Below are positions 28,960-38,314 of a stretch of DNA of 64,000 nucleotides, in pieces; the stretch's first letter is position 1; every line of letters begins with the position of its first letter. The translations under genes were made by a program, and so were the position numbers. The DNA is from an uncultured Chlamydiae bacterium. Lineage in GTDB: Bacteria > Chlamydiota > Chlamydiia > Chlamydiales > SM23-39. The notes under the pieces are model-generated. The model was given only the letters and a program-made list of their open reading frames with translations, had not been told where the DNA came from and ran no database searches. The stretch is from assembly GCA_963730605.1 (NCBI GenBank), contig CAVSSM010000002.1:64001-128000 (forward strand). Reading direction: 5' to 3'.

Positions 28960-30735
28960 TTATCTCGCCGTTTCAGCGGCGAGATAGTGTTTGAGTTCTA
29001 TCGCCGACGCATACTCGAGCGCCCCTTCCGCAAGGCGGCACGCTTCGATGATGCGCCATTTCCGGATGGTATGCTTGACTAGCGGGATGTGGCGAACAGC
29101 GACAGAAAACTCCCGAATGCCGAGTCCAATCAAGATCGGAATCATCGCCGGGTCAGCCGCGCATTCGCCGCAAAGGACCACTGGCTTTCGGGCGCTGTTT
29201 GCAGAGATGACAATCATCCGGATCAGGCGGAGCACGCTCGGATGGGTGGAAAAATAGAGATCCGAGGTATTTGGGTTATTCCGGTCAGCGGCGAGGACAT
29301 ATTGGACAAGATCGTTTGTCCCGATAGAGAGAAAATCGGCTTCTTTGGCTAGCGCGTCGCACATGATGGCGCTCGAAGGAACCTCAATCATGCACCCTAA
29401 AGGAACCTCTTTGGCAGTCTTAATTCCCTTTTTATGCAAGTCTTCGCGTACCTGCTGCATGAGTTCTCTTATTTGCCGGATTTCCATAAGGTCTGAGACC
29501 ATAGGGATGAGGATGTGGATCTCACCGTAACGGCTAGCCCTGAGAAGCGCACGGATTTGCGTTTCAAGAAGTTCCGGGTGGCGCAAAAGAAAGCGGATCG
29601 CTCGGCATCCGAGTGCCGGATTCAATTCGTCGCCAACGTCTTGAAAATACTTAGAGTCCCTTTCTTCTGGGAAAAGGTCCGGCTTTTTATCTCCCCCGAT
29701 ATCGAAAATGCGGACGACAAGAGGGCGCCCGCGCAACTTGCGGGCCATGCTCTTATAGATCTCAAACTGCTCCTCTTCGCCGGGAAACTTTCTTTTGGAA
29801 AGAAAAAGATATTCGGAGCGGAAGAGGCCGATGCCTGCGGCGCCACACTTGTTGAGATCATCGATTTCCTTGGGATTTTCCAAATTCCCGAAGATGCGGA
29901 TCTCATATCCATCGATCGTCTCCCCTTTGAGCTTCGTGGCGCTCTTCAAGATTTTGTCTCTCTCTACATAGCTCCTCTTCACCTCGGAATATTTTTTCAA
30001 GGTTTGACGCGTGGGGTTGATGATCACCAGCCCTTGCGACCCATCGACGATGATCGCGGCCACTCCTACCCGTTTCAACATTTTAATGTCTACATTTGCG
30101 ACATAAGGGATCCCCTTCGCCCTCGCGATAATCGCGGCATGGGATGTGATTCCGCCCGTGGCGGTCACAAAAGCGCAAACGACAGACGATCTGGCTTCGA
30201 TCGTCTCCGAGGGGACAAGTTCATAGGCCAAGATCACGGAATTATGCGGCATTTCGGACATCCGGATCTTGCCGGCAGGGTGGAGATGGTTGAGGATGCG
30301 CCTTGAGACATCCACGATGTCTCGGACCCTTTCCTGAAAATAAATGTCCTGGAGAATGCTGAACCGCTGCTTATATTCTTCGATCAAATAGAAAAAGACC
30401 GTTTCGATCTTCTGCTGCTGGATCCGAATCTTTTCCTCGATGACGGAGGTGAGGAGAGGATCCTGCATCATTTCAAGATGGGTCTCGAGGATGGCGACGA
30501 TTTCAGGCGTGCCTTCTGCAAGGGAAATCTTCTGAAGCTTTTCGACGTCTTGGCGGCTTCTTTCCAAAGCGGAGCGGTAGCGGTCGATCTCTTCGTCGAT
30601 CTCCTTCTTAGAGATCTGGCTTTCCGCGATCTCTTCATCGAAGCCGGAAAAGAAGACGGGAGACCCGATGCCGATCCCTTTGCTGATCGGAAGCCCTCGA
30701 AAGACAACCTCCTCTTTTCCGAGTTCAGAGTTCAT
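28960..30735 (-). CDS. ptsI: PTS enzyme I
   Basis: GGITSHAAIIAR, GIGLFRSE, DIGGDK, MIEVP, SIGTNDL, CGE. Confidence 0.97.
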   Translation of the reverse strand: MNSELGKEEVVFRGLPISKGIGIGSPVFFSGFDEEIAESQISKKEIDEEIDRYRSALERSRQDVEKLQKISLAEGTPEIVAILETHLEMMQDPLLTSVIEEKIRIQQQKIETVFFYLIEEYKQRFSILQDIYFQERVRDIVDVSRRILNHLHPAGKIRMSEMPHNSVILAYELVPSETIEARSSVVCAFVTATGGITSHAAIIARAKGIPYVANVDIKMLKRVGVAAIIVDGSQGLVIINPTRQTLKKYSEVKRSYVERDKILKSATKLKGETIDGYEIRIFGNLENPKEIDDLNKCGAAGIGLFRSEYLFLSKRKFPGEEEQFEIYKSMARKLRGRPLVVRIFDIGGDKKPDLFPEERDSKYFQDVGDELNPALGCRAIRFLLRHPELLETQIRALLRASRYGEIHILIPMVSDLMEIRQIRELMQQVREDLHKKGIKTAKEVPLGCMIEVPSSAIMCDALAKEADFLSIGTNDLVQYVLAADRNNPNTSDLYFSTHPSVLRLIRMIVISANSARKPVVLCGECAADPAMIPILIGLGIREFSVAVRHIPLVKHTIRKWRIIEACRLAEGALEYASAIELKHYLAAETAR

Positions 30736-31004
30736 TACTTTTCCCCAAACTCCTCTTCGAACACCTCGATCAGGCGGAGCATAGCTAATTCCGCATCATC
30801 CCCTTCGACCGTAATCGTGATCTGCGCATTTTTCTTTGCCGCGAGCATCAAAATGCTCATGATGCTTCGGGCATTGATCGTCTCGTCTTTATAAGTGAAA
30901 GATACGGAAGATTTGAGCGGTTGAAGAAGTTTGACGATCGTTGCTGCCGGACGGGTATGGAGCCCGAGCGTATTTTTTACTTTAACTTTTTGAACTAAGA
31001 TCAT
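30735..31004 (-). CDS. ptsH: HPr phosphocarrier
   Basis: GLHTRPA (His15), ARSIMSIL (Ser46). Confidence 0.95.
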   Translation of the reverse strand: MILVQKVKVKNTLGLHTRPAATIVKLLQPLKSSVSFTYKDETINARSIMSILMLAAKKNAQITITVEGDDAELAMLRLIEVFEEEFGEK

Positions 31005-31948
31005 GGTAGCACTCTTTTCTTTTGCCTGCGGGAAATCGCTTCTAGCCACTTGGCATTAAATTCCTTAGCAGAATTGTAGCCCATATCTTTTAAGCGGTGA
31101 TTAAGAGCGATCGTCTCCAGAAGAAGCACTACATCACGGCCCGGCTTGACTGGCAAGAGGTGGAAAGGGACGCTGGATCCGAGGATATCGATGAATTTTT
31201 CATCGAGCCCCACGCGGTCGTAAAAATGTTGGTCGTCCCATTCCTCCAGCTTAACCACTATGTCGATCCGCTTATCGTGGCGGACACAAACGGCTCCATA
31301 GAGATGGGCGACATTGATGATCCCTATCCCGCGGATTTCCATGAGGTGGCGAGTCAATTCGGGGCCCGATCCGATCAAATAAGAGCTTTCCATTTTTTTC
31401 ACTCGGACGACGTCGTCGGAAATCAGCCGGTGGCCTCCTTCGATCAGCCCTAACGCAGCTTCGCTCTTGCCGACAGAAGATTCCCCTTGAATGAGTACGC
31501 CGACACCGAATACTTCGACCAAGGTTCCATGAAGCGTGACGCTTGGGCAAAATTCCTCAAGAAGAAAAAAAGTGATCCGGCTTAAAAGATTCGTCGCAGT
31601 TGCGTTGGCTCGAAATAAGGGGATGCGGCCCTTCTCGCAAAGCGCGATCATTTCTTTCGGGGGCTTGAATCCCCGGGCCGTAATCACGGCGGGAGTCATA
31701 GGCATCAAAACACCCCGAAGGCGCGACTCCCGGGTCGGAGCATCGAGCTCTTTCAAGAACTCGATCTCCTGCTTGCCGAACACCAAGATCCTCGAAGAAA
31801 CAAACCCCTTTAAATAGCCGGTGAGGCTCAAGCCGGGGCGATGCACTTCGGCTCGATTGATCCGTCGGCCAAGACCTGAAAAGCCTGCGAGAAGCTCAAG
31901 TCTAAGCTGCTTACCGTGCTGCTCATAAAAGTGCTGTACTAAATACAT
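31001..31948 (-). CDS. hprK: HPr(Ser) kinase/phosphorylase
   Basis: RPGLSL, HGTLVEVFGVGVLI.GESSVGKSE, LISDD, MEIRGIGII. Confidence 0.96.
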   Translation of the reverse strand: MYLVQHFYEQHGKQLRLELLAGFSGLGRRINRAEVHRPGLSLTGYLKGFVSSRILVFGKQEIEFLKELDAPTRESRLRGVLMPMTPAVITARGFKPPKEMIALCEKGRIPLFRANATATNLLSRITFFLLEEFCPSVTLHGTLVEVFGVGVLIQGESSVGKSEAALGLIEGGHRLISDDVVRVKKMESSYLIGSGPELTRHLMEIRGIGIINVAHLYGAVCVRHDKRIDIVVKLEEWDDQHFYDRVGLDEKFIDILGSSVPFHLLPVKPGRDVVLLLETIALNHRLKDMGYNSAKEFNAKWLEAISRRQKKRVLP

Positions 31949-31961
31949 GAACTCTCTCTAA

Positions 31962-32750
31962 TCATGGAGCGATCTCCATCCCCTCCAAATAGGAAGCCAA
32001 CCATTCTAAAAAGCTGGAAAAGCCGCCGCCCTCAGCTGAAGGCCTCTCTCGGTTCGCGTCAGATACTGTATAATCAATTCCTGAAAAATATACATTACCC
32101 ATTTCATTTTCAGGGTACCAATCGGCATAAAAACATTGAAATGAACTCAACCCCGAAGCTTCGAAAAAAGGAACGAGGGAACCGGGATCGATGGCCCTTT
32201 CTCCCGACCTTACGATTCTGGGCGCTTTTAAAAGCAGCTCCACAACTTTGCGGCGCGCAGCCGGAATGTCTTCGATTTTCAAAAGATTGAGCTCGGAGAG
32301 TTTGCCAAACCCATTGTGGATCTTGGTAAAAGCGACCCAATCGCTTGGGAATGCAAAATCAAGCTCGCTCTTCAATTCCTCCACTTGGGCCTCTGTCGCT
32401 GGAGGGAGGCCTCGAAAAAAGCAGCTATTGTCCATGAAGCTGTAGACTAATTGAGGAATCCACGATTCCTTGTTTTTGACCAGGAGGACGCCTACGTCGT
32501 CAAGAGCGCTAAAAAACTCGGAAATAGCCACATAGGCTTTTGGATTGAACGGAAGCCTCTTCAGCCAATAGGAACAGGAAAATTCGACTCTATCTTCGGA
32601 CGGAATGCGGCTCAGCTCGAACCATCCACGAGGCAAATTTGGAGCAAGCTGCTCGATGTCGCTCCAATTTTTCTTCGGCCCTTCGCTCAACGCCAAGACC
32701 TCTTCAAAGTTTGCATCATCATAAAAATATCGTCGCACCAGAGCATTCAT
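31962..32750 (-). CDS. Conserved chlamydial protein, SMI1/KNR4-like
   Basis: PATEAQVEELKSELDFAFPSDW..F...HNG and FSSFLEWL motifs. Confidence 0.7.
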   Translation of the reverse strand: MNALVRRYFYDDANFEEVLALSEGPKKNWSDIEQLAPNLPRGWFELSRIPSEDRVEFSCSYWLKRLPFNPKAYVAISEFFSALDDVGVLLVKNKESWIPQLVYSFMDNSCFFRGLPPATEAQVEELKSELDFAFPSDWVAFTKIHNGFGKLSELNLLKIEDIPAARRKVVELLLKAPRIVRSGERAIDPGSLVPFFEASGLSSFQCFYADWYPENEMGNVYFSGIDYTVSDANRERPSAEGGGFSSFLEWLASYLEGMEIAP

Positions 32751-32830
32751 TCAATTTAAATGAAAATATCCACAAAGTCTCAAAAACGAGAATAGTTAAA
32801 TATTCCTTTCCTCCCAAGAGATTTCTGCTA

Positions 32831-33048
32831 TATACACCAATAACTTCAAAAGTTGGTTTCTGCCTTCGTCGGACAGCCACAATCTTTGAGCCCGCCTGCT
32901 TCCCTAGCAAAAGAGCGAACCCCCGCTCTTTTGCAAGTGTCCGCAGCACTCAACTTTTTCAAGTTGAGCTGCTTCGGCGCCGAAAACCTGGCTCAAATTC
33001 TGGGCACCTCCTTAGCATATTCCCAACTTTTAAAGTCATTTGTGTATA
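32831..33048. mobile_element. MITE family A, long form with an extra hairpin module
   Basis: TA-TACAC...GTGTA-TA ends; imperfect TIR of about 26 bp; colinear with 12696-12869 in reverse orientation. Confidence 0.88.
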
Positions 33049-33059
33049 ATGAAAAGAAA

Positions 33060-34337
33060 ATGGCGAATGCTAAGGTTTTGATTCTCGGCGGAGGATTTGC
33101 AGGGCTGAATGCTGCTAAAGCATTGGGCAATTCGAAATTCGACGTTTGGCTGCTCGATAAGACAAACCACCACCTTTTCCAACCACTGCTTTATCAAGTC
33201 GCCAGCGCCGCCCTTTCCCCGGGCGACATTGCAGTTCCGATCCGACAGATTCTCAGCCCCTACGAGAACGTGACCGTTCTGATGGGGGAAATTGACACCA
33301 TTGACAAAGAACGAAAGGTTGTCGTCTTGAAAAACGGCGACCTGATCGCCTATGAATATTTGGTCGTCGCGTTAGGCGCCCGCCACTCCTACTTTGGAAA
33401 TGACAAATGGGAAGAGTTCGCGCCTGGCCTGAAAACCCTGAACGACGCTCTCGCGATTCGGGAAAGGATCCTGGTCTCATTTGAAAAAGCGGAAAGGTGC
33501 GACAGCATTTCGGAAGCGAAGAGGTATCTGAATTTCGTCATCATCGGCGGCGGGCCGACCGGAGTCGAAATGGCGGGAGCCATTGCTGAGATAGCTTATG
33601 AGACTGTGTTAAAAGATTTCCGCAGGATCGATACCACCAAGACACGGATCTACCTCGTCGAGGGCTCTCCCCAAATCCTTCCTGCCTACCCTGAAAGACT
33701 CTCGGGCAAAGCCAGGGGCTATTTGGAACATTTCGGGGTCACAGTCATCACCGGACAGCGGGTGACCGAGGTGACTCACGAAGGAGTCCACGTCGACGGC
33801 ACCGTGATCCCGGCTGAAAACATCCTTTGGGCGGCCGGCAACCAAGCATCGCCGGTTCTCAAAACGCTGGCAAGCCCGCTTGACAGGCAAGGACGGGTCA
33901 ATGTCGAGGCTGATCTTTCGCTTCCAGGCCATCCCGAGATCTTCGTCGTCGGCGACGCAGCTTGCGCTCTCGATAAGACTGGAAAACCGTTGCCCGCCCT
34001 TGCGTCGGTCGCAGTGCAGCAAGGGCGCTATGTGGCGAAAATCCTTCGCAAACAGTTTCCAAAAAATCAGCGCCCACCCTTTTCCTACCTCGATAAGGGG
34101 ACTATGGCAACCATTGGCAAAACAAAAGCCATCGGGATGTTCGGCCAAGTCCAGTTCAGCGGATTTTTTGCTTGGCTTGCATGGTGCTTTGTCCATATTA
34201 TGTACCTGATCGGCTTCCGCAACCGGATCGTCGTTCTGGTACAATGGCTCTTTGCCTATTTTTCCCCAAAAAGAGGCGCAAGGCTGATCTACCGCATTTC
34301 CGAATCGTACGAAGAATTTCCGCATATACACAAGTGA
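33060..34337 (+). CDS. ndh: Type II NADH dehydrogenase
   Basis: GGGFAG, FQPLLYQVA, IGGGPTGVEMAG, WAAG, YLDKGTMATIG. Confidence 0.93.
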   Translation: MANAKVLILGGGFAGLNAAKALGNSKFDVWLLDKTNHHLFQPLLYQVASAALSPGDIAVPIRQILSPYENVTVLMGEIDTIDKERKVVVLKNGDLIAYEYLVVALGARHSYFGNDKWEEFAPGLKTLNDALAIRERILVSFEKAERCDSISEAKRYLNFVIIGGGPTGVEMAGAIAEIAYETVLKDFRRIDTTKTRIYLVEGSPQILPAYPERLSGKARGYLEHFGVTVITGQRVTEVTHEGVHVDGTVIPAENILWAAGNQASPVLKTLASPLDRQGRVNVEADLSLPGHPEIFVVGDAACALDKTGKPLPALASVAVQQGRYVAKILRKQFPKNQRPPFSYLDKGTMATIGKTKAIGMFGQVQFSGFFAWLAWCFVHIMYLIGFRNRIVVLVQWLFAYFSPKRGARLIYRISESYEEFPHIHK

Positions 34338-35797
34338 TCCCCGCATATTCACAAGAACATCGATTTTTTTGGCGGCAGCACCCTGCGCTTCTTTTTTCTC
34401 TGACTCTCCTTATCGCCGCAGCCGCAAGCCTTTTTTGGGTAAACCCCTGCAATTGGATCTTCCCGCTTCTCTGGAGCAGCTACCTGATTTTCCTCAAAAA
34501 ATGGCCCATTCTCCTCGTTTTGGCCGCTTGCCTAGCCTATTGCCATTTTCTTCATATAAAATCGCCGCCGTCAGGAAAGTCGGAAGCGTATTTCTCGATC
34601 AAGACTCTACAGCCTCATCAATCCCCTTTTTCAAAAGGCTTTGTTTACAAAGGGACTCTCACAACGAAAGAAGGCTCGGTCCCTTGCGATATTTACACTC
34701 ATGGGCAAAACCCTCCTAAGAGTGCAGCTTGCGATTATTTCGTAGAGGGTAAACTGGATGTTAGGGGCCCTTTTAGCTACGCATTCAAACCTAAAGAATG
34801 GACTGCTGTTGAAAAGAGTTGGAGTCTTGCAGAGTGGCGTTATTCTGCAAAAAAGGCCTATCGAGACTTTTTGGCTGAAAAGTGTAGAGGCTACCCGAGA
34901 GCCGCTCAGTTCCTAGCGGCACTGACCACCGGAGATGTCGACGACAGAGTTCTCAAATACGAATTCGGGCGATTAGGGCTGCAGCATCTTCTGGCCATCT
35001 CCGGATTTCATTTCGGGATCCTGATCGCTTTCGCATCTTTTGTCCTATCGCTGCTGCTTCCCCGTTTTTGGAAACTCCTCTTGCTCCTTTTTAGCCTGAC
35101 TGCCTATTATTTCCTCGTGGGGCCATTTCCTGCCGTGCAAAGAAGCTGGCTGACCGCGATGGCTTACCTTGCCGGGAAACTCATCAACCGGCAAACGAGC
35201 GGCCTGAATCTCCTCGGCCTTGCCTTAGGTGTAGAGATCTGCCTGAACCCCCTTATCGCCTCCAATCTCGGTTTTCAATTCAGTTTTGCAAGCTGCGGCG
35301 GCATCCTCCTCTTCCATCCTTTCTTCGAAAGGAAGCTCCGCACCATCTTGCCGAAACGGTCAAAAATTGAGATTGAGGCCTTGCCATTTTTCGCAAAACA
35401 CCTTTATCTGCTCTCAGGGCTGCTTCGCCAAACGATTGCTCTCGACCTTGCCGTGAATGCGATCCTCCTCCCTCTTCTTCTATATCATTTTCACGTCTTT
35501 CCCCTGCTCAGCCTGCTCTACAATCTCTTTTTTCCCTTCCTCCTCGGGGCCGCCCTCTGCATTCTTCTCCTTGCGCTCACTTTCCATCTCTTGATTCCCA
35601 CTCTCGCCGCTCTTCTCTTTACTGCGGCCTCTTGGTTCACGGAGCAGCTTCTCGATATTGCCGCCTACCCGCCAGCAGCCCTCGATTATCCGATCCTCGT
35701 CGCCAATCTCCCGGCATGGGCGATTCCCTTTTTTCTTTTTGGTCTTTTGGCAATATCTATGAGATTGACAACGCGAATTTCGGATAACAAAGGCTGA
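34334..35797 (+). CDS. comEC: ComEC/Rec2 competence membrane protein
   Basis: GLQHLLAISGFH, PAVQRS, NLGFQFSF; last 8 codons and stop derive from a MITE. Confidence 0.88.
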   Translation: MIPAYSQEHRFFWRQHPALLFSLTLLIAAAASLFWVNPCNWIFPLLWSSYLIFLKKWPILLVLAACLAYCHFLHIKSPPSGKSEAYFSIKTLQPHQSPFSKGFVYKGTLTTKEGSVPCDIYTHGQNPPKSAACDYFVEGKLDVRGPFSYAFKPKEWTAVEKSWSLAEWRYSAKKAYRDFLAEKCRGYPRAAQFLAALTTGDVDDRVLKYEFGRLGLQHLLAISGFHFGILIAFASFVLSLLLPRFWKLLLLLFSLTAYYFLVGPFPAVQRSWLTAMAYLAGKLINRQTSGLNLLGLALGVEICLNPLIASNLGFQFSFASCGGILLFHPFFERKLRTILPKRSKIEIEALPFFAKHLYLLSGLLRQTIALDLAVNAILLPLLLYHFHVFPLLSLLYNLFFPFLLGAALCILLLALTFHLLIPTLAALLFTAASWFTEQLLDIAAYPPAALDYPILVANLPAWAIPFFLFGLLAISMRLTTRISDNKG

Positions 35798-35958
35798 GAT
35801 GCAAAGGGATCGCTCTCTCAGATTTTAAGCGGCTGCGCGAAGCCCATAGCGGAACGCCCCTACGGGCGAGCGCGGCCTTTGGCGCGTTTTGCGCCGCTCC
35901 AAATCTGCCAGCGAGGATTTGCAGATCAGCTCTACTTTGTTATCCGAAACTCGCGTTA
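35769..35958. mobile_element. MITE family D (ACGCG ends), long rod-like palindrome
   Basis: aacgcgaatttcggataacaaag / ctttgttatccgaaactcgcgtt (22/23); nested arms gctgagatgcaaa/tttgcagatcagc and cagattt/aaatctg. Confidence 0.88.
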
Positions 35959-37587
35959 CTAACGGAGAAAACGCTGCTGGATATTGAGTCCCAAGCCGAG
36001 AACTTGTAATACACCGCCGAACAAAATAGGTGTGTACCTCGTAATCCTCCATCCACGGTCGTTTGCGATAAGATGGGACAAAACGGGGATTCTGCTGGCG
36101 AGCAGTTTAACGCTTGGCACTCGCCGGATGAGATCTGCCAGACCTACCAAGACCCAACTATCCATGCTCGTCATCCCCTCTAACATTTTACCGGTGGATG
36201 CCGGCATTTTCTCTTCAAGCCAACTGTAAGACCGCGCTGTCGTTTCCATCGCCTCCGCTAAGAGTGGCATTTGCGTTTTCAGCGGTTCGGTCAAATTGCA
36301 TAACCTAACGATGTTGTACACATGGCTAGAAAGCGCCAAATAGAGAAGAGGCGCAGCTTCATTTAAAGCGTGTCCCGATAAATAGATGTAGCTCAAATAG
36401 CCTACGTCCTGAAGATATCCGCTCAAGGTCTTGTCATCTCCTGGAGCAATCACCGAAGTTCCATTGCTGAAAGTGAGATTGGATCGATTCCCATTTCCTT
36501 CCCAGGCGCCGATGAAGAAGGGGGTAAACTGAAGAACTCTCCACCCCATCGGATGTGCGCGAAAGACCCCTTGGATGACGGGGACCTTGCGAATCAGCTC
36601 CATCAGACCTACCACGGCCCACCGGTCGATGCTCGTCATGCTCTCTAACATGCGGGTTGTGGAAATCGGCATCATGAATTCCATCCTGCCGTATTCCCGA
36701 ACTGCACTCTCAAGATAGTCGACGGCTTCTGGCGTATGATTTTTCAAAGCGTCAGAGTGGCCAGAGAGCCTCACGATATGATATCCGCGATGGAGCCCCG
36801 CCAAAAACAGAAGCGGCATGGCTGAATTGATCCCATAGCGCGCGAGGAGCAGTCCGCCCAAAAGGACCGAGTCGAGAACATGGCCGGAAATTTGGTGGAC
36901 AGTCTTATCTGCCTCCGTCATGATTCTCTTGTCTAGAACCCCTTTCGACTCCGCTTGAGAATGGGATGCTTTCGGCCTGATGAGCGCGGTCGCAGGGTGA
37001 TCTGCAATCAGGAGTAGAGGCGGGGCCTCGCAAAAACCCGAATATTCGTTGCGAAAAGGAGAAATTTCCTCGAAAAGATGGGGGATTCCTCTGTTTTTTG
37101 GAGTCTCTTTTTGTGAGACATCGGGTGCAGGGACATTTCTGTTATTTTGTGGAGGGGGATTGGGATGAGATTGTTGTAGACTCGTGAAGGTAGCAGGCCA
37201 GAGTTGTGCAAAGCAAAATGCTGTGGCACCTGCAAGGGCAGCCCCCCCGGCGATTTGCATCCAAGTCACACTTCGGCGCGCCTTCTTAGCATCTTGAGGC
37301 AAAGAAGAGCCGACCGACATTTTGCGCGTTACGGCTTCGACTCGCTTTGATAAATCTTGAAGCGTAGCATCAAGAACGCGGTGGATTCCCTGCAACTGCA
37401 AAGGGATGCCTCCACAGCTTGTTCGCTTTTTGACAGCCTGCTGAAGAGCCGAAAGAGTTTTCAATTGCTGTGGAAAATCGGGTTCCGCCTTCCCCTCCTC
37501 TGCCAAGGAGACGTTCTTTTCGAGCGCGCGGGCCTGAGCCATTAGAGACAAGCAACCTTCTTTCGAATTTAAATTTATCATCATCAT
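35959..37587 (-). CDS. Hypothetical protein with a TM segment and an internally duplicated ~135-aa domain
   Basis: 542-aa ORF; AT-rich upstream; two copies of PLL.LA..Y.IVRL..MP.ST..MLE.MTS.D.W..VGL..LIR.VP..GWR...TP. Confidence 0.75.
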   Translation of the reverse strand: MMMINLNSKEGCLSLMAQARALEKNVSLAEEGKAEPDFPQQLKTLSALQQAVKKRTSCGGIPLQLQGIHRVLDATLQDLSKRVEAVTRKMSVGSSLPQDAKKARRSVTWMQIAGGAALAGATAFCFAQLWPATFTSLQQSHPNPPPQNNRNVPAPDVSQKETPKNRGIPHLFEEISPFRNEYSGFCEAPPLLLIADHPATALIRPKASHSQAESKGVLDKRIMTEADKTVHQISGHVLDSVLLGGLLLARYGINSAMPLLFLAGLHRGYHIVRLSGHSDALKNHTPEAVDYLESAVREYGRMEFMMPISTTRMLESMTSIDRWAVVGLMELIRKVPVIQGVFRAHPMGWRVLQFTPFFIGAWEGNGNRSNLTFSNGTSVIAPGDDKTLSGYLQDVGYLSYIYLSGHALNEAAPLLYLALSSHVYNIVRLCNLTEPLKTQMPLLAEAMETTARSYSWLEEKMPASTGKMLEGMTSMDSWVLVGLADLIRRVPSVKLLASRIPVLSHLIANDRGWRITRYTPILFGGVLQVLGLGLNIQQRFLR

Positions 37588-37716
37588 CTCCGGAGTCGAC
37601 TACGATTATAGCATTTTTACACAAGTAATTCAATTATGAATAAAAGAATAAAATAATAAAAAATAATTTCAAATAAAACTAGAAAATGTGTAAAATTTTG
37701 ATTCGTGTTCTGACTC

Positions 37717-37757
37717 ACCAAAAATCGACAGAACCTCACTTTGCAGACACCCTCTCA
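37717..37757. mobile_element. Right-end fragment of MITE family F
   Basis: aaaaatcgacagaacctcactttgcagacaccctc-tca matches 45367-45401. Confidence 0.8.
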
Positions 37758-37812
37758 ACGAAAGTTTGACGAATAGGGCTGTTTTGTCTTAGAATCTCAA
37801 TCCTTTATCTAT

Positions 37813-37887
37813 GGCGATCGTAGCTCAGTTGGTTAGAGCGTTGGATTGTGGATCCAAATGTCGCGGGTTCAAATCCCGTCGATCGCC
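37813..37887 (+). tRNA. tRNA-His(GTG)
   Basis: Encoded G-1, stem GCGATCG/CGATCGC, anticodon loop TTGTGGA, T-loop TTCAAAT; promoter ttgacg-18-tagaat upstream. Confidence 0.97.
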
Positions 37888-38149
37888 CATCCTTCCTATA
37901 AGGCTTGAGATAGCGATGCGACGGCTTCTTGGAATTCTTTGGACTCCAGATTTGCGATAGTCGCAATTGCGGCGATGGCTTTCATCGGTTCTACAATGAC
38001 TCCCCCTCAAACCCCAACGCCGAACCCAAACCCGAACCAGGGGCCGATCCCCTCGCCACTTGACCCTTCGACCCGTCAGATCACAGTGGACCCAAAATCA
38101 ACCCCGGATCTAAACATTTCAAATTGGACATCTTTATGAACCTAGGAGA

Positions 38150-38314
38150 TATACCGCGCCCGCTCATCTTGAGTGAATTTTGTTGAGCATCTTTTTTGCT
38201 CCAGCGCATTGCTCGATCTCGTTAACATTGTGCAAGTTGGACTCGATCTCCGCAATGCTACTGGAGCCAAAAATCTGCTGTCAAAATTCACACAACCTAA
38301 GCGGGCGCGGTATA
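38150..38314. mobile_element. MITE family B (TA-TACCG ends), 161 bp plus TA duplication
   Basis: tataccgcgcccgct/agcgggcgcggtata; near-identical inverted copy at 44540-44704. Confidence 0.93.
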
